DNA of 64,000 nucleotides from contig CAYTGN010000015.1 of NCBI GenBank assembly GCA_964437415.1, positions 1,890 to 65,889 on the forward strand. The letters are read 5' to 3'. Positions 1 through 11,700 of the stretch are shown in pieces; within the stretch, counting starts at the first letter, position 1; every line of letters begins with the position of its first letter. Below the pieces are notes generated by a model, which saw only the letters and a program-made list of their open reading frames with translations, did no database searches and had not been told where the DNA came from. The position numbers and the translations under genes are program-made. The DNA is from an uncultured Chitinophaga sp. (GTDB taxonomy: Bacteria > Bacteroidota > Bacteroidia > Chitinophagales > Chitinophagaceae).

Positions 1-2
1 TG

Positions 3-167
3 AAAAAGAAAAGTTTTGCAGTCGCTGTCATTCCTTACACCTATGAGCACACCAATATTCAAACGCTGAAGCCGGGAGATACTGTTAACCTTGAATTTGA
101 TCTGCTTGGCAAGTATATACTGAGAAAGTTATCTTTGTCCAAAGGACTCCGTGAGAAAGAGAAATAA
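3..167 (+). CDS. ribE: riboflavin synthase alpha chain, C-terminal fragment (5' end lies outside the window)
   Basis: Frame-3 translation is [54 protein letters not shown]. It matches the second lumazine-binding repeat (IPxT...PGDxVNLExD) of riboflavin synthases. It is absent from the ORF track because it has no start codon in the window. Confidence 0.75.
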   Translation, partial: KKKSFAVAVIPYTYEHTNIQTLKPGDTVNLEFDLLGKYILRKLSLSKGLREKEK

Positions 168-187
168 CTAACCCATTTCTTCCATTC

Positions 188-1276
188 ATGACTGCCGACA
201 CCCCTCACAGGCCCCACTACCCTGCCCTTGATGGATTGCGGGGAGTTGCCATTCTGCTGGTGGTGTTCTATCACAATTTCGGGTTCATCAAACAAACTTT
301 TTTTGGCTGGCTGGGTGTTGACCTGTTTTTTGTGCTGAGTGGTTTCCTGATCACAGACATTTTATTGAATGCGCTGAATAAACCCGGGTTCCTCCGCAAC
401 TTTTATATGAGGAGGGTGCTGCGCATCTTTCCTTTGTATTATGCAAGCCTGGTTCTTTTCCTTTTTATTATTCCTGCTTTCACCTCCAAAACTATTAACT
501 GGGAATATTACCAGCACAATCAAATCTACCTGTGGACTTACCTGCAAAACTGGTTATATATATTCAATGAGCCGGGGTCTGCACATATCCTGAATCACTA
601 TTGGTCGCTTGCTGTGGAAGAACAGTTCTATATTTTCTGGCCTTTGATCATTTTATGGTTGAAGAAATCTAAACACCTGCTGATCTTTATCAGTTCCGTG
701 CTGTTGTTAGTCATCTTATTCAGGTTTGGATTATGGGTATATAAGATCGAAAACCTGGCCTATTATAATCTCTACACGTTTACACGTTTTGATGGAATAT
801 GTATTGGCTGCATCGTGGCAATGCTGGTACGGATGAACATTAATTTCATCAAAAAAAACACGACAGCAATTGTACTGGCCTTTGCCGCTGTCAATTTCCT
901 GTTCTTTTTCATTAACAGGCTGTACTCCTTTTCTTTTCCCTACCTCGCTCTTGTAGGCTACAGCACATTTGCCATGATGTTTGGCCTCCTGATCTATGAA
1001 GCGGTGACAAGAAACACCCCCATCCTCAACTATATTCTGGGATTTCGGCTATTAAAATTTTTTGGACGAATTTCCTATGGATTTTACATTTTTCACTGGC
1101 CTGTTTACCTGCTGATGAACAGCTACCTGCTTTCATTCGCAAAAGACCACCTGGCTGATTTTACCGCAAGATTTAGTGTTTCGGTATTCGCCACTGCAAC
1201 TGCCGTAGCTATTAGCTGGTTGAGCTACCGCTATTTTGAAAGTTATTTTCTGAAATTAAAATCCCGCTATGCCTGA
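188..1276 (+). CDS. acyltransferase family 3 (OatA/OafA-like) integral membrane O-acyltransferase
   Basis: 362-aa ORF. The N-terminal motif YPALDGLRGVAILLVVFYHN and about 10 hydrophobic segments are typical of Acyl_transf_3. Confidence 0.8.
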   Translation: MTADTPHRPHYPALDGLRGVAILLVVFYHNFGFIKQTFFGWLGVDLFFVLSGFLITDILLNALNKPGFLRNFYMRRVLRIFPLYYASLVLFLFIIPAFTSKTINWEYYQHNQIYLWTYLQNWLYIFNEPGSAHILNHYWSLAVEEQFYIFWPLIILWLKKSKHLLIFISSVLLLVILFRFGLWVYKIENLAYYNLYTFTRFDGICIGCIVAMLVRMNINFIKKNTTAIVLAFAAVNFLFFFINRLYSFSFPYLALVGYSTFAMMFGLLIYEAVTRNTPILNYILGFRLLKFFGRISYGFYIFHWPVYLLMNSYLLSFAKDHLADFTARFSVSVFATATAVAISWLSYRYFESYFLKLKSRYA

Positions 1277-1327
1277 TATTCCGCCTATACTTTCAAATAA
1301 AACGCAGGGATTGTATCTTTAACCGTC

Positions 1328-2275
1328 ATGCAAAACCGCATCATCATATTATGTCCGCTTTTCAATGATTCAGATTCATTCAAGCATTTATTGGCTGAAT
1401 TAAAGAAATCATTTGAACATCTCACAGCCTTTGATTTCAGGGTGCTGGTGATCAATGATGGTTCAACAGAACCTCTTTCCATTGAAAAAGTGGCTGGCTT
1501 TCCTGTGCATGTGTTACCTCTTTACCGGAATATCGGGCATCAAAAAGCCCTGGCAATCGGGCTTGCATATATCAAAGACAATTATCAATGTGATAAAGTC
1601 CTCATTATGGATGCCGATGGTGAAGACCGGCCTGAAGATGCCCTCGAAATGTTGCTCACATCTGAAAAGAAACCCGGTCAAGTGATATTTGCCTACCGGC
1701 AATCAAGACAGGAAGGTTCAGGCTTCAGGTTTTTCTACGGTTTATACAAACTCAGTTTCAGGATACTCACCGGCAAAAAAATCTCTTTTGGCAATTTTAT
1801 GGTGATGCCAAAAGACATGCTTGATAAGATCGTTTTTTACAGTGAAATCTGGAATCATCTTGCCGGCGGCATTCTGAAATCCGGCTTGCCCTGGTCATCG
1901 GTGCACACCCATCGGGGCAAAAGATATGCAGGCAGTTCAAAAATGAATTTTTCCCGCCTGCTTATGCATGGCCTCGGAGCTATTGCTGTTTTTATGGAAG
2001 TAATTGCGAGCAGGCTGATGATATTTTCATTCTTGCTGATTGGGTTTTCATTGCTGGTGATATTAATTCTTACCGGGATTAAAATATTCACCGACCAGGC
2101 CATTCCCGGGTGGACCTCCACCCTTATGTCGTCTATGCTGATAGTGCTGCTGCAAAGTTTTCTTTTATCGTTAGTAACACTCTTCCTTTATTTTTCATCT
2201 GAATCCCAGCGAAAATTTGTTCCGGCCCTGCATTACAAAGATTTTACCGGCCCTGTTGAAACTATCGGCGAATGA
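1328..2275 (+). CDS. family 2 glycosyltransferase, GtrB/CsbB-like (polyprenyl-phosphate sugar synthase type) with C-terminal TM helices
   Basis: 315 aa. GT2 signatures are present (IIILCPLFND..., VLVINDGSTEP, IMDADGEDRPED), plus two C-terminal hydrophobic helices as in GtrB. Confidence 0.8.
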   Translation: MQNRIIILCPLFNDSDSFKHLLAELKKSFEHLTAFDFRVLVINDGSTEPLSIEKVAGFPVHVLPLYRNIGHQKALAIGLAYIKDNYQCDKVLIMDADGEDRPEDALEMLLTSEKKPGQVIFAYRQSRQEGSGFRFFYGLYKLSFRILTGKKISFGNFMVMPKDMLDKIVFYSEIWNHLAGGILKSGLPWSSVHTHRGKRYAGSSKMNFSRLLMHGLGAIAVFMEVIASRLMIFSFLLIGFSLLVILILTGIKIFTDQAIPGWTSTLMSSMLIVLLQSFLLSLVTLFLYFSSESQRKFVPALHYKDFTGPVETIGE

Positions 2276-2991
2276 GCAATGACCATACATACCCGGGACA
2301 AGAACTTGCTCTTTTTGAAAAAGCCATCAACTGGAAATACTATTTTGCACGTTTCATTTTACCATTGCTGAAAGACAGGGTGCTGGAAACCGGCGCCGGT
2401 ATTGGCGGCAGCACACAGTTATTAAATAATAATACTGCAGCAGAATGGGTGATGCTGGAACCGGACCCATCTATGCAGCAAATGCTCCGGGAAAAAATAA
2501 CCGCTGGCTCATTACCTCATAATTGCCTGTTGAAAGAAGGAACTGTTGCTGAACTTCCAGATGAAGACCTGTATGACTGCATCATCTATATTGATGTGCT
2601 GGAACATATTCCCAAAGATGCCCATGAGATGGAGTTGGCTTCTTTGCACTTGAAACCCGGCGGTCATCTAATTATTCTGTCACCTGCTTTTAATTTTTTG
2701 ATGAGCCCTTTTGATAAAGCTATTGGTCACTGTCGTCGCTATTCAAAAAAATCCTTATCCCGCTTGCGGCCAGCTTCACTCAGCTCCGAAAAGCTGATTT
2801 ATCTTGATTCAGCAGGTTTCTTTGCATCATTAGCCAATAAATTATTACTGAAACAGTCTTACCCCACTCACAAACAGGTGCAGTGGTGGGACAAGTGCCT
2901 CATCCCTGTTTCAAAATTCACTGACCGTATTTTCTTTTATTCCTTCGGAAAAAGTATTTTGGCCGTGTGGAAGAAAACAAAAACTTCTTAA
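2272..2991 (+). CDS. class I SAM-dependent methyltransferase
   Basis: 239 aa. Motif I is VLETGAGIGGST, followed by IIYIDVLEHIP and LKPGGHLII. Its ATG overlaps the GT2 stop codon (ATGA). Confidence 0.8.
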   Translation: MSNDHTYPGQELALFEKAINWKYYFARFILPLLKDRVLETGAGIGGSTQLLNNNTAAEWVMLEPDPSMQQMLREKITAGSLPHNCLLKEGTVAELPDEDLYDCIIYIDVLEHIPKDAHEMELASLHLKPGGHLIILSPAFNFLMSPFDKAIGHCRRYSKKSLSRLRPASLSSEKLIYLDSAGFFASLANKLLLKQSYPTHKQVQWWDKCLIPVSKFTDRIFFYSFGKSILAVWKKTKTS

Positions 2992-5120
2992 ATAAGATCG
3001 GGCAACTGGTGCGTCGCAAGCAACATTACCTGTTGCTGCTGTTGATCACCCTGCTGGCTTATTGGCCTCTTAGTTTTGGTGTTTTCAGTTTAAAAAATGA
3101 TGCTCTCATTTATTTTCTTCCGTACCGCTATCATGTCAGCGAAGCCATTCAGCATGGAGAATTTCCCTGGTGGAGTCCCTGGTTATACAGCGGCCTCCCG
3201 CTGCACAGCGACATTCAAAGCGGGGTCTGGAACCCGGTGGTAATGCTTATATCCTGCTTTACCACTTACAACATGTCCGTACTGCAATGGGAACTCCTCT
3301 TTTATCTTTTTATTGCTGCCATCGGGATGTATAAGTTGGTAAAAGAGTTGGGCGGAACCTCTCAAACATCTTTTCACTCTGCTGTAGTCTATCTGTGTTG
3401 CGGCTTCATGACAGACAGTGGTTCATTTATCCCCTGGATCAGTAACGCTGCATATCTTCCCTTTGTGTTTTGTTATTTTCTCAGGCTGGTAAACAGCCCG
3501 GGCACAGGCACATCTTTAAAATTATCTCTCTCACTTTTTCTGCTGCTTACAACCGGGTACCCAAGTTTTTTCATTTTTGCAGCCTATATACTGCTGGTCG
3601 CAACAATTATCATTCTTTATAAGAACCGCCGCCAGGTAGCAAAGATCAAATCACTGCTGAAATTCACATTACTCGCTGCAATTGTTGCACTGCTGCTATG
3701 CAGCCCCGCCATATTATCCTGGCTTGATTTCTTTGATTATTATGAAAGAGGCAAAGGCGCCAGTCTTGAAAAAGCTGTTTCCGGGTCATTTCCTCTCTTC
3801 AGCACAACATCATATCTATTTCCCTCGGCAGTTTATAAAGGACATTCCTGGCTTACGACCGATGTGAGTTTACGAAACGCCTCTGTGGGTATCGTTATGC
3901 TGGTTTTCTTTTTGGTCGCATTATTCAAATCTAAAACCAGCAACAGTAAATTTTTATTCGGCACTGTCATTTTCTCCTTTCTTTTCAGCCTTGGTGATGC
4001 TACACCTTTACGGGAATGGTGCTACCGTTTTGTTCCGCTCATGGACAGCTTCCGGCACCCGTCCTGCATGAGACTATTTACAACCATTGGTATCATCCTT
4101 ATAGCCATTCCGGTTTTAAATATGGCATGGACAAACCTTTCATTGATTGCAAAGCCATTGTATAAAACAACCATTACCATTATCGTCCTTGTTGCCGGGT
4201 TCATTATTTATTATGCTGTACAAAGCGGTTTGTTGCAGCACCCCTCATTTTCGCTGAGCAAAGAAACACTGGACAAACTCAGTTTTGATGACCTCGTTGT
4301 TTTACAAGGCATTCTGCAGCTTGGCTTCCTGGCAGCTTTGCTTTTCATTATTCAAAAACAAAGAACCAGGCTTTTATTACCCATAGGCATTGCCAACTTG
4401 TTGTTGCTTTGCTGGATGGCGCAGCCATTCACTTTTTTCTCACAACTCAAAACCAGGGAAGTCAATAATCATATTGCCTCTTTCCAAAAAGGCTTTCCAG
4501 TGTCGGATGCCAATACGCCAATGATCATGACAATACAGCAAGGGTCTGCTGAGAAAAAACCATACAACGATAATGGCTTTTACAGTAAAAGACCCATGAT
4601 TCAGGAGGATATTGTGTCACCGACAGTTAACAGCCGGTATCATGAATTCCTGCTCGACAGCCAGCTCAGAAACAAGTTGAACAATTACCCATTTATATAT
4701 TTCTCCGATAGCTCTGTTTATTCAATGCATTCACTACCGGACAGCGGGAGAATAGTGTTGTTTGACAGTATTGGAAGACCTCAACCGGTTTTTGAACATA
4801 CCAAAGGCGATATAAAAATAAAGAATATTACAGCCAACAGGATTGAAATGAACGTCACCTCCGAAGGTTATGGCTTGCTGAATATTTTTCAGCAATACCA
4901 TCATGGCTGGCGGGCTTGGGTCAATGCTGTTGAAATCCCTGTTTTCCGAACCAACATTGCATTCATGAGTATCCCGGTTCCGAAGGGGAATCATACACTC
5001 GTTTTCAGGTTTGAGCCACACCTTTTTGTTAATTGGTCAATATATATTTCCACGACCACCCTGTTGCTGATATCGATATTCTTTATCTTTCAATTTGTAA
5101 AAAGCCGCAACCGATTATGA
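2967..5120 (+). CDS. YfhO-family polytopic membrane protein (GT-C-like extracytoplasmic glycosyltransferase)
   Basis: 717 aa with a GTG start. The N-terminal region (FLPYRYHVSEAIQHGEFPWWSPWLYSGLPLHSDIQSG) and more than 10 TM segments are typical of YfhO. It overlaps the upstream gene by 25 nt. Confidence 0.75.
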   Translation: MEENKNFLNKIGQLVRRKQHYLLLLLITLLAYWPLSFGVFSLKNDALIYFLPYRYHVSEAIQHGEFPWWSPWLYSGLPLHSDIQSGVWNPVVMLISCFTTYNMSVLQWELLFYLFIAAIGMYKLVKELGGTSQTSFHSAVVYLCCGFMTDSGSFIPWISNAAYLPFVFCYFLRLVNSPGTGTSLKLSLSLFLLLTTGYPSFFIFAAYILLVATIIILYKNRRQVAKIKSLLKFTLLAAIVALLLCSPAILSWLDFFDYYERGKGASLEKAVSGSFPLFSTTSYLFPSAVYKGHSWLTTDVSLRNASVGIVMLVFFLVALFKSKTSNSKFLFGTVIFSFLFSLGDATPLREWCYRFVPLMDSFRHPSCMRLFTTIGIILIAIPVLNMAWTNLSLIAKPLYKTTITIIVLVAGFIIYYAVQSGLLQHPSFSLSKETLDKLSFDDLVVLQGILQLGFLAALLFIIQKQRTRLLLPIGIANLLLLCWMAQPFTFFSQLKTREVNNHIASFQKGFPVSDANTPMIMTIQQGSAEKKPYNDNGFYSKRPMIQEDIVSPTVNSRYHEFLLDSQLRNKLNNYPFIYFSDSSVYSMHSLPDSGRIVLFDSIGRPQPVFEHTKGDIKIKNITANRIEMNVTSEGYGLLNIFQQYHHGWRAWVNAVEIPVFRTNIAFMSIPVPKGNHTLVFRFEPHLFVNWSIYISTTTLLLISIFFIFQFVKSRNRL

Positions 5121-6703
5121 AAAAAAAGGGAAGAAACTGGTTGTTTGCCCTGATGCTGACAACACCCATGGTTGTTTTCTTCCTTGGCTATTTGTTGAAT
5201 CATGATGCCTCGCTTAACCCTACCGGTTTCATCCAATACGACAATGTTTCCTATATCGCTTATGCCCGTCAATACACCGAATTAGGTCATTCAAGTATAT
5301 TTTACAATAATCCTTTTAATGATTCAGCAAACTACCCGGCTATCTATTTTCAGCCACAAACCCTGCTCTTTGCTTTGTTGCTGCAACTGGGTGTGTCGCC
5401 AGGTTGGATATTGATTCCGTTCACACTGCTTTGTTCACTGCTCTGTTTTCGTTTACTCATTGGTATTTACGATCACCTGGTTCCTGCTTCCCGGTATAGA
5501 ATAATCTGCATTAGCCTGCTGGCATGGGGCGGCGGTTTATTGGCCTTTTCAGGTTTTTTGGCAAAAACAATTTTGGGAACAGCTACAGTACCTGACATTT
5601 TTCATCTTGATCCCGGCGCCGGCTGGTGGGGATTGAACCTTGGCAGATCACTGTTCTTTTCCTGCGAAGCCTGGTATCACCTGCTTTTTCTTGCTGTGAT
5701 CTTTTGCCTGTTGAAACAAAAATGGAGGCTGGCAACATATACCTGTCTTATTCTCTCTTTATCCCATCCATTCACCGGGCTGGAGTTATTAAGTGTCCTT
5801 GCGGCCTGGGTTTGTCTTGAAAAATTTGCTTTTGCGAATAAAAAAATACCAACATGGTTTGTGGCGGCGACATTGTTATTACTATGCTTTCACATTTATT
5901 ACTATCTCTGGCATCTTCCCCGGTATGGAGATCATCGCTCAGTTAGCAGCCAGTATGAATTAAACTGGCGGCTTCGCTTTTTCAGCATGATACCGGCTTA
6001 TTGCCTTGCCGCAGCCTTTGCAGTTTTCAGTGTATGGAAAATTAAAACAGGTACTTCCTGGCTACAAAAACCTGCCAACCGGTTGCTGCTCACATGGTTT
6101 ATTGTTGCCTTTGCATTGGCAAATCATGAATTATTCATAAAAGCCCGGCAGCCCATTCATTTCACCAGGGGATATATCTGGACATCACTGATGCTGATCG
6201 GTTTGCCTGCATTGCAACTGCTTTTTGAAAAATGCCGGGGAACAATGGTGAAAAAAACAGTTGCCGCTTTCTTTGTGTTGCTGCTTTTGTCAGACAACCT
6301 GCTCTGGATCGGTTTGAACACTGCCGGTAAAGCAACAATGGCTTCCATTAAACACATTGACAAGGACCAACAAGCCATCCTCGATAAAATAGATGAAACA
6401 GCCGATACCAAAACACTTATCATCAGCCGTGATGAAGTGATCCCTTACCTCGCCACCATATATACCAATGCCTATTCATGGGTGTCACATCCTTTTACGA
6501 CTCCCTTTGTTGAAGAAAAAAAGAAGGCTATTGATTTATTTATTGAAACCGGAGCCATTGACCCGGCCTGGAAAAACAGGAAAATTATTTTCCTGTTCAG
6601 TAAAAATGATGCAGCAGAAATGAAAAGGGAAGCAGCAATGCCTTTCCCGGCAAATAGGATATTTGAATCATCTTCGATGATCATGGCAGAAGCAAACCTA
6701 TAA
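5117..6703 (+). CDS. polytopic membrane protein of unknown function (possible second GT-C-like enzyme)
   Basis: The ORF track gives 5033..6703. I prefer the internal MKKKGRNWLF start at 5117, which forms an ATGA overlap with the YfhO stop. Many hydrophobic helices are followed by a soluble C-terminal domain. Confidence 0.7.
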   Translation: MKKKGRNWLFALMLTTPMVVFFLGYLLNHDASLNPTGFIQYDNVSYIAYARQYTELGHSSIFYNNPFNDSANYPAIYFQPQTLLFALLLQLGVSPGWILIPFTLLCSLLCFRLLIGIYDHLVPASRYRIICISLLAWGGGLLAFSGFLAKTILGTATVPDIFHLDPGAGWWGLNLGRSLFFSCEAWYHLLFLAVIFCLLKQKWRLATYTCLILSLSHPFTGLELLSVLAAWVCLEKFAFANKKIPTWFVAATLLLLCFHIYYYLWHLPRYGDHRSVSSQYELNWRLRFFSMIPAYCLAAAFAVFSVWKIKTGTSWLQKPANRLLLTWFIVAFALANHELFIKARQPIHFTRGYIWTSLMLIGLPALQLLFEKCRGTMVKKTVAAFFVLLLLSDNLLWIGLNTAGKATMASIKHIDKDQQAILDKIDETADTKTLIISRDEVIPYLATIYTNAYSWVSHPFTTPFVEEKKKAIDLFIETGAIDPAWKNRKIIFLFSKNDAAEMKREAAMPFPANRIFESSSMIMAEANL

Positions 6704-6707
6704 AACT

Positions 6708-8570
6708 TCAGCTGGTTATGCTCTTCCCTTTCATCGCTGTTGAAATAGCCTTATCCATTAGTCTTTCTGCATAGGGTCTTGAAATTTCGTTCAGTTTTTC
6801 GATGGCAGCATGAATGGCGTCTTTACTGCCTGCTGACAACAAAGAAGTTAACTCAACGATCGCTGTCTGTGTATCGGCCAATTCCTTTTCTGTTAGAAAA
6901 GATTTGTTCTTATCAAGGAATTGCCGGGTTGTGTCAAGCAATTGCTGTGCCTCTGTCTGTGCTTCCACCAATGCTCTTGTTTGCATATCCTCTTTGGCAT
7001 GAGTGATTGAATCCAATAACATTTTCTCTACTTCAGCATCCGTTAGCCCGTACTGTGGTTTCACTTCAATGACCTGTTCAATTCCGCTTCTTAGCTCTTT
7101 GGCTTTCACCACCAATATTCCATCAGCATTCACCAAAAAAGAAACTTCCACTTTTGGCAAACCTGCCGGCATGGCCGGAATACCGGCAAGATTGAACTCG
7201 GCGAGTTTGCGGTTATCCTTTACCAGGTCTCTTTCTCCCTGGAAAACAGAAATGCGCATTCCGCTTTGCCCGTCTTTTTGTGTGGTATATTGCCTGGCGG
7301 CCTTTGATGGAATTTTTGAATTACGGGGGATCAGCACATCCATCAGTCCTCCCATTGTTTCTATACCTAATGACAATGGCGTAATATCAAGCAACAGAAA
7401 ATCTTTGTTATTCCCTGCAAGAATATCCGCCTGCACCGCTGCGCCCAACGCTACCACTTCATCAGGGTTCAGTGAATCATGCACCTGGCGCTGAAAAAAA
7501 TCAGTAACCGATTTTTTAACCAGCGGTACTCTTGTAGAACCTCCTACCATCACCACTTCATCAATTTCAGAAACAGGCAATCCCGAATCGGATAAAGCAT
7601 TTCTGCATGACTGTATCGTTCTGTCCACAAAAGGTTTGGCCAGTTGCTCAAATTCATGGCGGCTGAGTGAAAGTTTTTCTCCGGCCACTTCCGCCGTGAA
7701 ACTATCATGGGAACTGAGATGAATCTTGGCTTGTTCTGCAGTGAGACGGAGTTGCTGAGCAAGATTTTTATTATTGCTGAGTTCGGTTGATGTAAGTCCC
7801 GTCAACAGCATCCAGTGATGTACTATCGCCCTGTCAAAATCATCGCCACCGAGATAAGTGTCGCCATTGGTAGAAAGCACTTCAAATATGCCGCCGGTGA
7901 TGCGAAGTATAGAAATGTCAAAAGTGCCCCCGCCAAGGTCATAAACCGCAATCGTTTTTGTTTCCTCCCTGTTTAGCCCTAACCCATAAGCAAGACTGGC
8001 TGCTGTTGGTTCGTTTACGATACGCAATACATCCAAACCTGCCAGTTTCCCGGCATCTCTTGTTGCCTGCCGCTGTGCATCGTTGAAATAGGCCGGCACT
8101 GTGATCACCGCCTTATTCACCGGAGTTTTCAAAATATGTTCTGCTCTTGCTTTTAGTTCCTTTAAAATAAACGAAGACAATTCAACAGGTGACCAGAATT
8201 TTTCACCTATCTGCACCTTCACCAGGCTTTCTGTATTATCATCAATTACTTTGTAGGTAAAGAATGAAGCATAATCCCGGACATCATTGTAGGATTTGCC
8301 CATCAATCTTTTCACAGAAAAGATAGTGTTGTGCGGTTCCGCCACCAGGTACTTTTTTGCATCATCACCAACAGACAGCATGCCTGACTCACCAAAATGA
8401 ATGACGGAAGGCACCAGCGCATGACCATCATGCTCTTTCAGCACAACAGGTTTTTTGCTTTCCGGGTGAATAAGTGCCACAAGGCTATTAGTGGTTCCAA
8501 GGTCAATGCCTACGATCATCTCAGCCTGCTGCAGGCTTCCCGTTGCTATATTGATACCAATCTTTGCCAT
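6708..8570 (-). CDS. hscA: HscA-type Hsp70 chaperone
   Basis: 620 aa. Actin-like ATPase motifs are present ([48 protein letters not shown]). Length and N-terminus resemble HscA rather than DnaK. Confidence 0.8.
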   Translation of the reverse strand: MAKIGINIATGSLQQAEMIVGIDLGTTNSLVALIHPESKKPVVLKEHDGHALVPSVIHFGESGMLSVGDDAKKYLVAEPHNTIFSVKRLMGKSYNDVRDYASFFTYKVIDDNTESLVKVQIGEKFWSPVELSSFILKELKARAEHILKTPVNKAVITVPAYFNDAQRQATRDAGKLAGLDVLRIVNEPTAASLAYGLGLNREETKTIAVYDLGGGTFDISILRITGGIFEVLSTNGDTYLGGDDFDRAIVHHWMLLTGLTSTELSNNKNLAQQLRLTAEQAKIHLSSHDSFTAEVAGEKLSLSRHEFEQLAKPFVDRTIQSCRNALSDSGLPVSEIDEVVMVGGSTRVPLVKKSVTDFFQRQVHDSLNPDEVVALGAAVQADILAGNNKDFLLLDITPLSLGIETMGGLMDVLIPRNSKIPSKAARQYTTQKDGQSGMRISVFQGERDLVKDNRKLAEFNLAGIPAMPAGLPKVEVSFLVNADGILVVKAKELRSGIEQVIEVKPQYGLTDAEVEKMLLDSITHAKEDMQTRALVEAQTEAQQLLDTTRQFLDKNKSFLTEKELADTQTAIVELTSLLSAGSKDAIHAAIEKLNEISRPYAERLMDKAISTAMKGKSITS

Positions 8571-8648
8571 ACGCTGATATATCCCTGTTTCCCTTTTTTA
8601 AGAATGGCAAAAATACTGCATAGCAGCCTGACTGGCTTACGGAGTTGG

Positions 8649-8676
8649 TAAAAGAAAAGCGGCCCTAAAGCCGCTT
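8649..8676 (-). terminator. Rho-independent terminator downstream of porU
   Basis: On the minus strand: AAGCGGC-TTTAGG-GCCGCTT hairpin followed by TTCTTTT. Confidence 0.6.
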
Positions 8677-8701
8677 CTCCAATATCCTGTCCAAACAATG
8701 T

Positions 8702-11700
8702 TTATCGCATCAGGTACATCTTGCCATATCCCTTATTGAAATATTTATCTGTATTATCACCCTCGGCCCTGTATTTATCCAGCGATTTGCCATTCAGGTT
8801 GGTGATCACCCTGTACAGGTAAATACCATTGGCTAATTTTTGCCCATACTGATCGGTACCATCCCACTTGAAGTCTGTGATATTTCTGCCGATACGCAGC
8901 GGCCCCAGCTCATCTTTGGTGATCTCTCTCACCACTTTACCCGTAATGGTAAGTATCTGTATTCTCAGGTTTTGCGGCACTTCACTGCCTGTGATGGTGA
9001 ATACAAAGGCTGTTGATGTGGTGAACGGGTTAGGATAGTTCAGCATATTCGAGATCATCGGCTTATTAATGACCTGGAAGGCAACCCTGTATTCGATGTT
9101 CCCGGCGCTGTTGCTGCTGCGGTCTCTTCCGGTAACGATCAGTTCATACTCACCATCTTCTGTAAAGTAAGGCCTGAAGTTCGCTGTAGCTGTATTATCT
9201 GTATTTGGCGCCTGCCCGGCAGGAATGAACTGCAGCGTGTCACTGGTGAATGTGAACTGGCGGATGCTGCCATCAGGATACCTCACACTCAGATTCACCA
9301 GGCTGTTATCATCCAGTATCATCCATTTCGACTCATCTTTCAGTTTTATTATTATATCAGGTCTTGCAGAAACGATATCCCTGTTCAGGATATGCACTCC
9401 GTCGAATGTAACATCCAGCAGCGGGTTAAGACTATCTGGTTTTACATAAAAATTACGATAGGCAAAATTGTTGAAATGGAATTGCTCCGGCTGATCATTG
9501 TCCGGATTCACTTCAATATACATTGTGTTCTGACCGGGTAAATTCTCAGTCGGAATATTAGCCCTTACAATAACAGTATCTGGTGTCAATGTCAGTTCTC
9601 TTGTTCTAGGCTGAGGAATGATGGTTGGCACATTATCACGGCCGGTAACCACCACTTTCAGAAGCAAGCTGTCAAAGTTTGCATCGCTGATATTCTGGAA
9701 TGCAACCCTGAAGTCGTAGGGTTCGCCTATATCCACCGTGTCTTTTACAGTTAAGTGGCGAGCCGGCGCTAATGCACCTTCCGGTACAGGATCATAGGTT
9801 AGTCTCCAGTAATTAAGCTGGTAAGGTGTGTAATGAACCGTGTCCATATTCATCATCCGTAAACGGACATAAGGAAAAATTTCAGCATCTATGGAAGAAA
9901 TGTCTGTATTGGCCTGGTTCATGGGTATGGCAGAAAAAAGTGTTGTTTCAGCGCCGCCTGTTCCCACACCAATAATATCAACAGTGGCTTCATCACCTGG
10001 TGTTGCATCCGGGATTATTGAACCATTCCATTTAAGTTCTTTCCATGCTTTGGCAGGGCCAAATAAAGGTGAACGGACAAAACCTAATGTATCCGGTGAA
10101 GGACAATCAGCTGACAATGTAGGGTTATCATACATGCCATCACCTACTACCCATTTGGGGATAAAAGAAGGATCGTTTTTCTTATACACTAATCCAAACG
10201 GACGGGTTCTGTAGAATGAATCCACACCTGCAAAACCCGCATCTTTCAGGTAGTGATACAAAGATTGTCCGGCGCCGTGAATTGATTCATCTGCCGCCCA
10301 ATCAGTGGCATATGCCACGGGGAAAGCAGGATACTGTGCCGGGTTAAGCGTAAAGTTTCTTACAGCCACATAATAACCATCCGGAACTATATCCCTCATA
10401 AAATCCATGATCTTTCTGCGACTGGCAGTGTCGGTATAACGGAATTCAAAACTATAAGGTCTGAACCTGATATACTGCGGTGAAGTGCTTCCGTGCAAAC
10501 CCTGTCCAAGGCTATTAGGATTTGCGGGTTCGCCGGCATATGAATGTGGCACCACCACCTGGTTTTGCCAGGGCGCAAAGGTCACAGGGTGAAACACATT
10601 GAACACAAGCGAAGAAAAGTAGTTGGTAAGCTGGATATACGGATCTTCATTTACCGCCACGGAAAATGCCGATTCCTGCGTTGAACCACTTGTATTGTAC
10701 GTTCCCATACGCAGGAATAAGTTGTTCATCACTTCTTTATATTTCCAGCTTCTTGAAGCTGTGTCTAACCGCATCCTTGTAAGTTCTGAATTGGTATGCT
10801 GATAGAAATGTGATTGACTGAACCCCGCTTCACTGTTTGCCAGGTAAACAAAAGAAGCCGTGTTCCAGACGATCGGGCCGGATACAGGCACATGACCCAC
10901 TCTCCAGTAATAGACAGTATTATCCGTGAATGTGAGACCAGGATCGAATGTTAATACCCCGCCGGGGAACTGGCCATTGCGAGTCACTTTCGATGGTGAA
11001 TTGAAAAATATGGAAGTATCTATTTCCATCGTGTACTGCTTCATCGTGCTGAAAGGATCAGCCGTTGTTGCATGGAATTTGATCCCTTGTTTATTTACGA
11101 TGGCATAGTTATATGGATAAACCGGTCTTGCTTCATCTTCAAAAATGAAAAACTCTTTTGTGATGCTGTTGTTTGTTTCATACAACTCATCAACGGCATT
11201 ATCTGCATCAACAGTGATGATGATGCTGTTCAACCCTTTCTCGGCGGGGCCGACGATAGGAATAATATAGTTTAATGAATCAATATAACGTATCCCTCGT
11301 ATTGTGTCCCTGCGAAAAATCTGTACAGAGTTATCCGGGTACTTCCTTTTCACCTCCACGACAATACTGTCGCTAACCGCTTTACCGAGATTCATAAATT
11401 TAGCGCTGACATTGAAACTTGTTTCTGCAATTGAAATGAATGAAGGATTCACTTTCACCAACTGCTCTTCGATCGCATAGTCAGGTTTCTGAGTTGAATT
11501 GATCTTAACAGCAGGGTCGCCATGCAGTGTTGATTGCTCGCAATGAAACCTGGCGTAATAATCGTTTTGGGTGGTAAGGTTAAAGACCTGCCGGATAGCT
11601 TCGATCATTGCCTCGCCAAGTGATTCGCCATATTTCAATACACCCATGGATGAATAATTGCGGGTATTATAAATGTCGAGATAATGAACAATGCCGAGGT

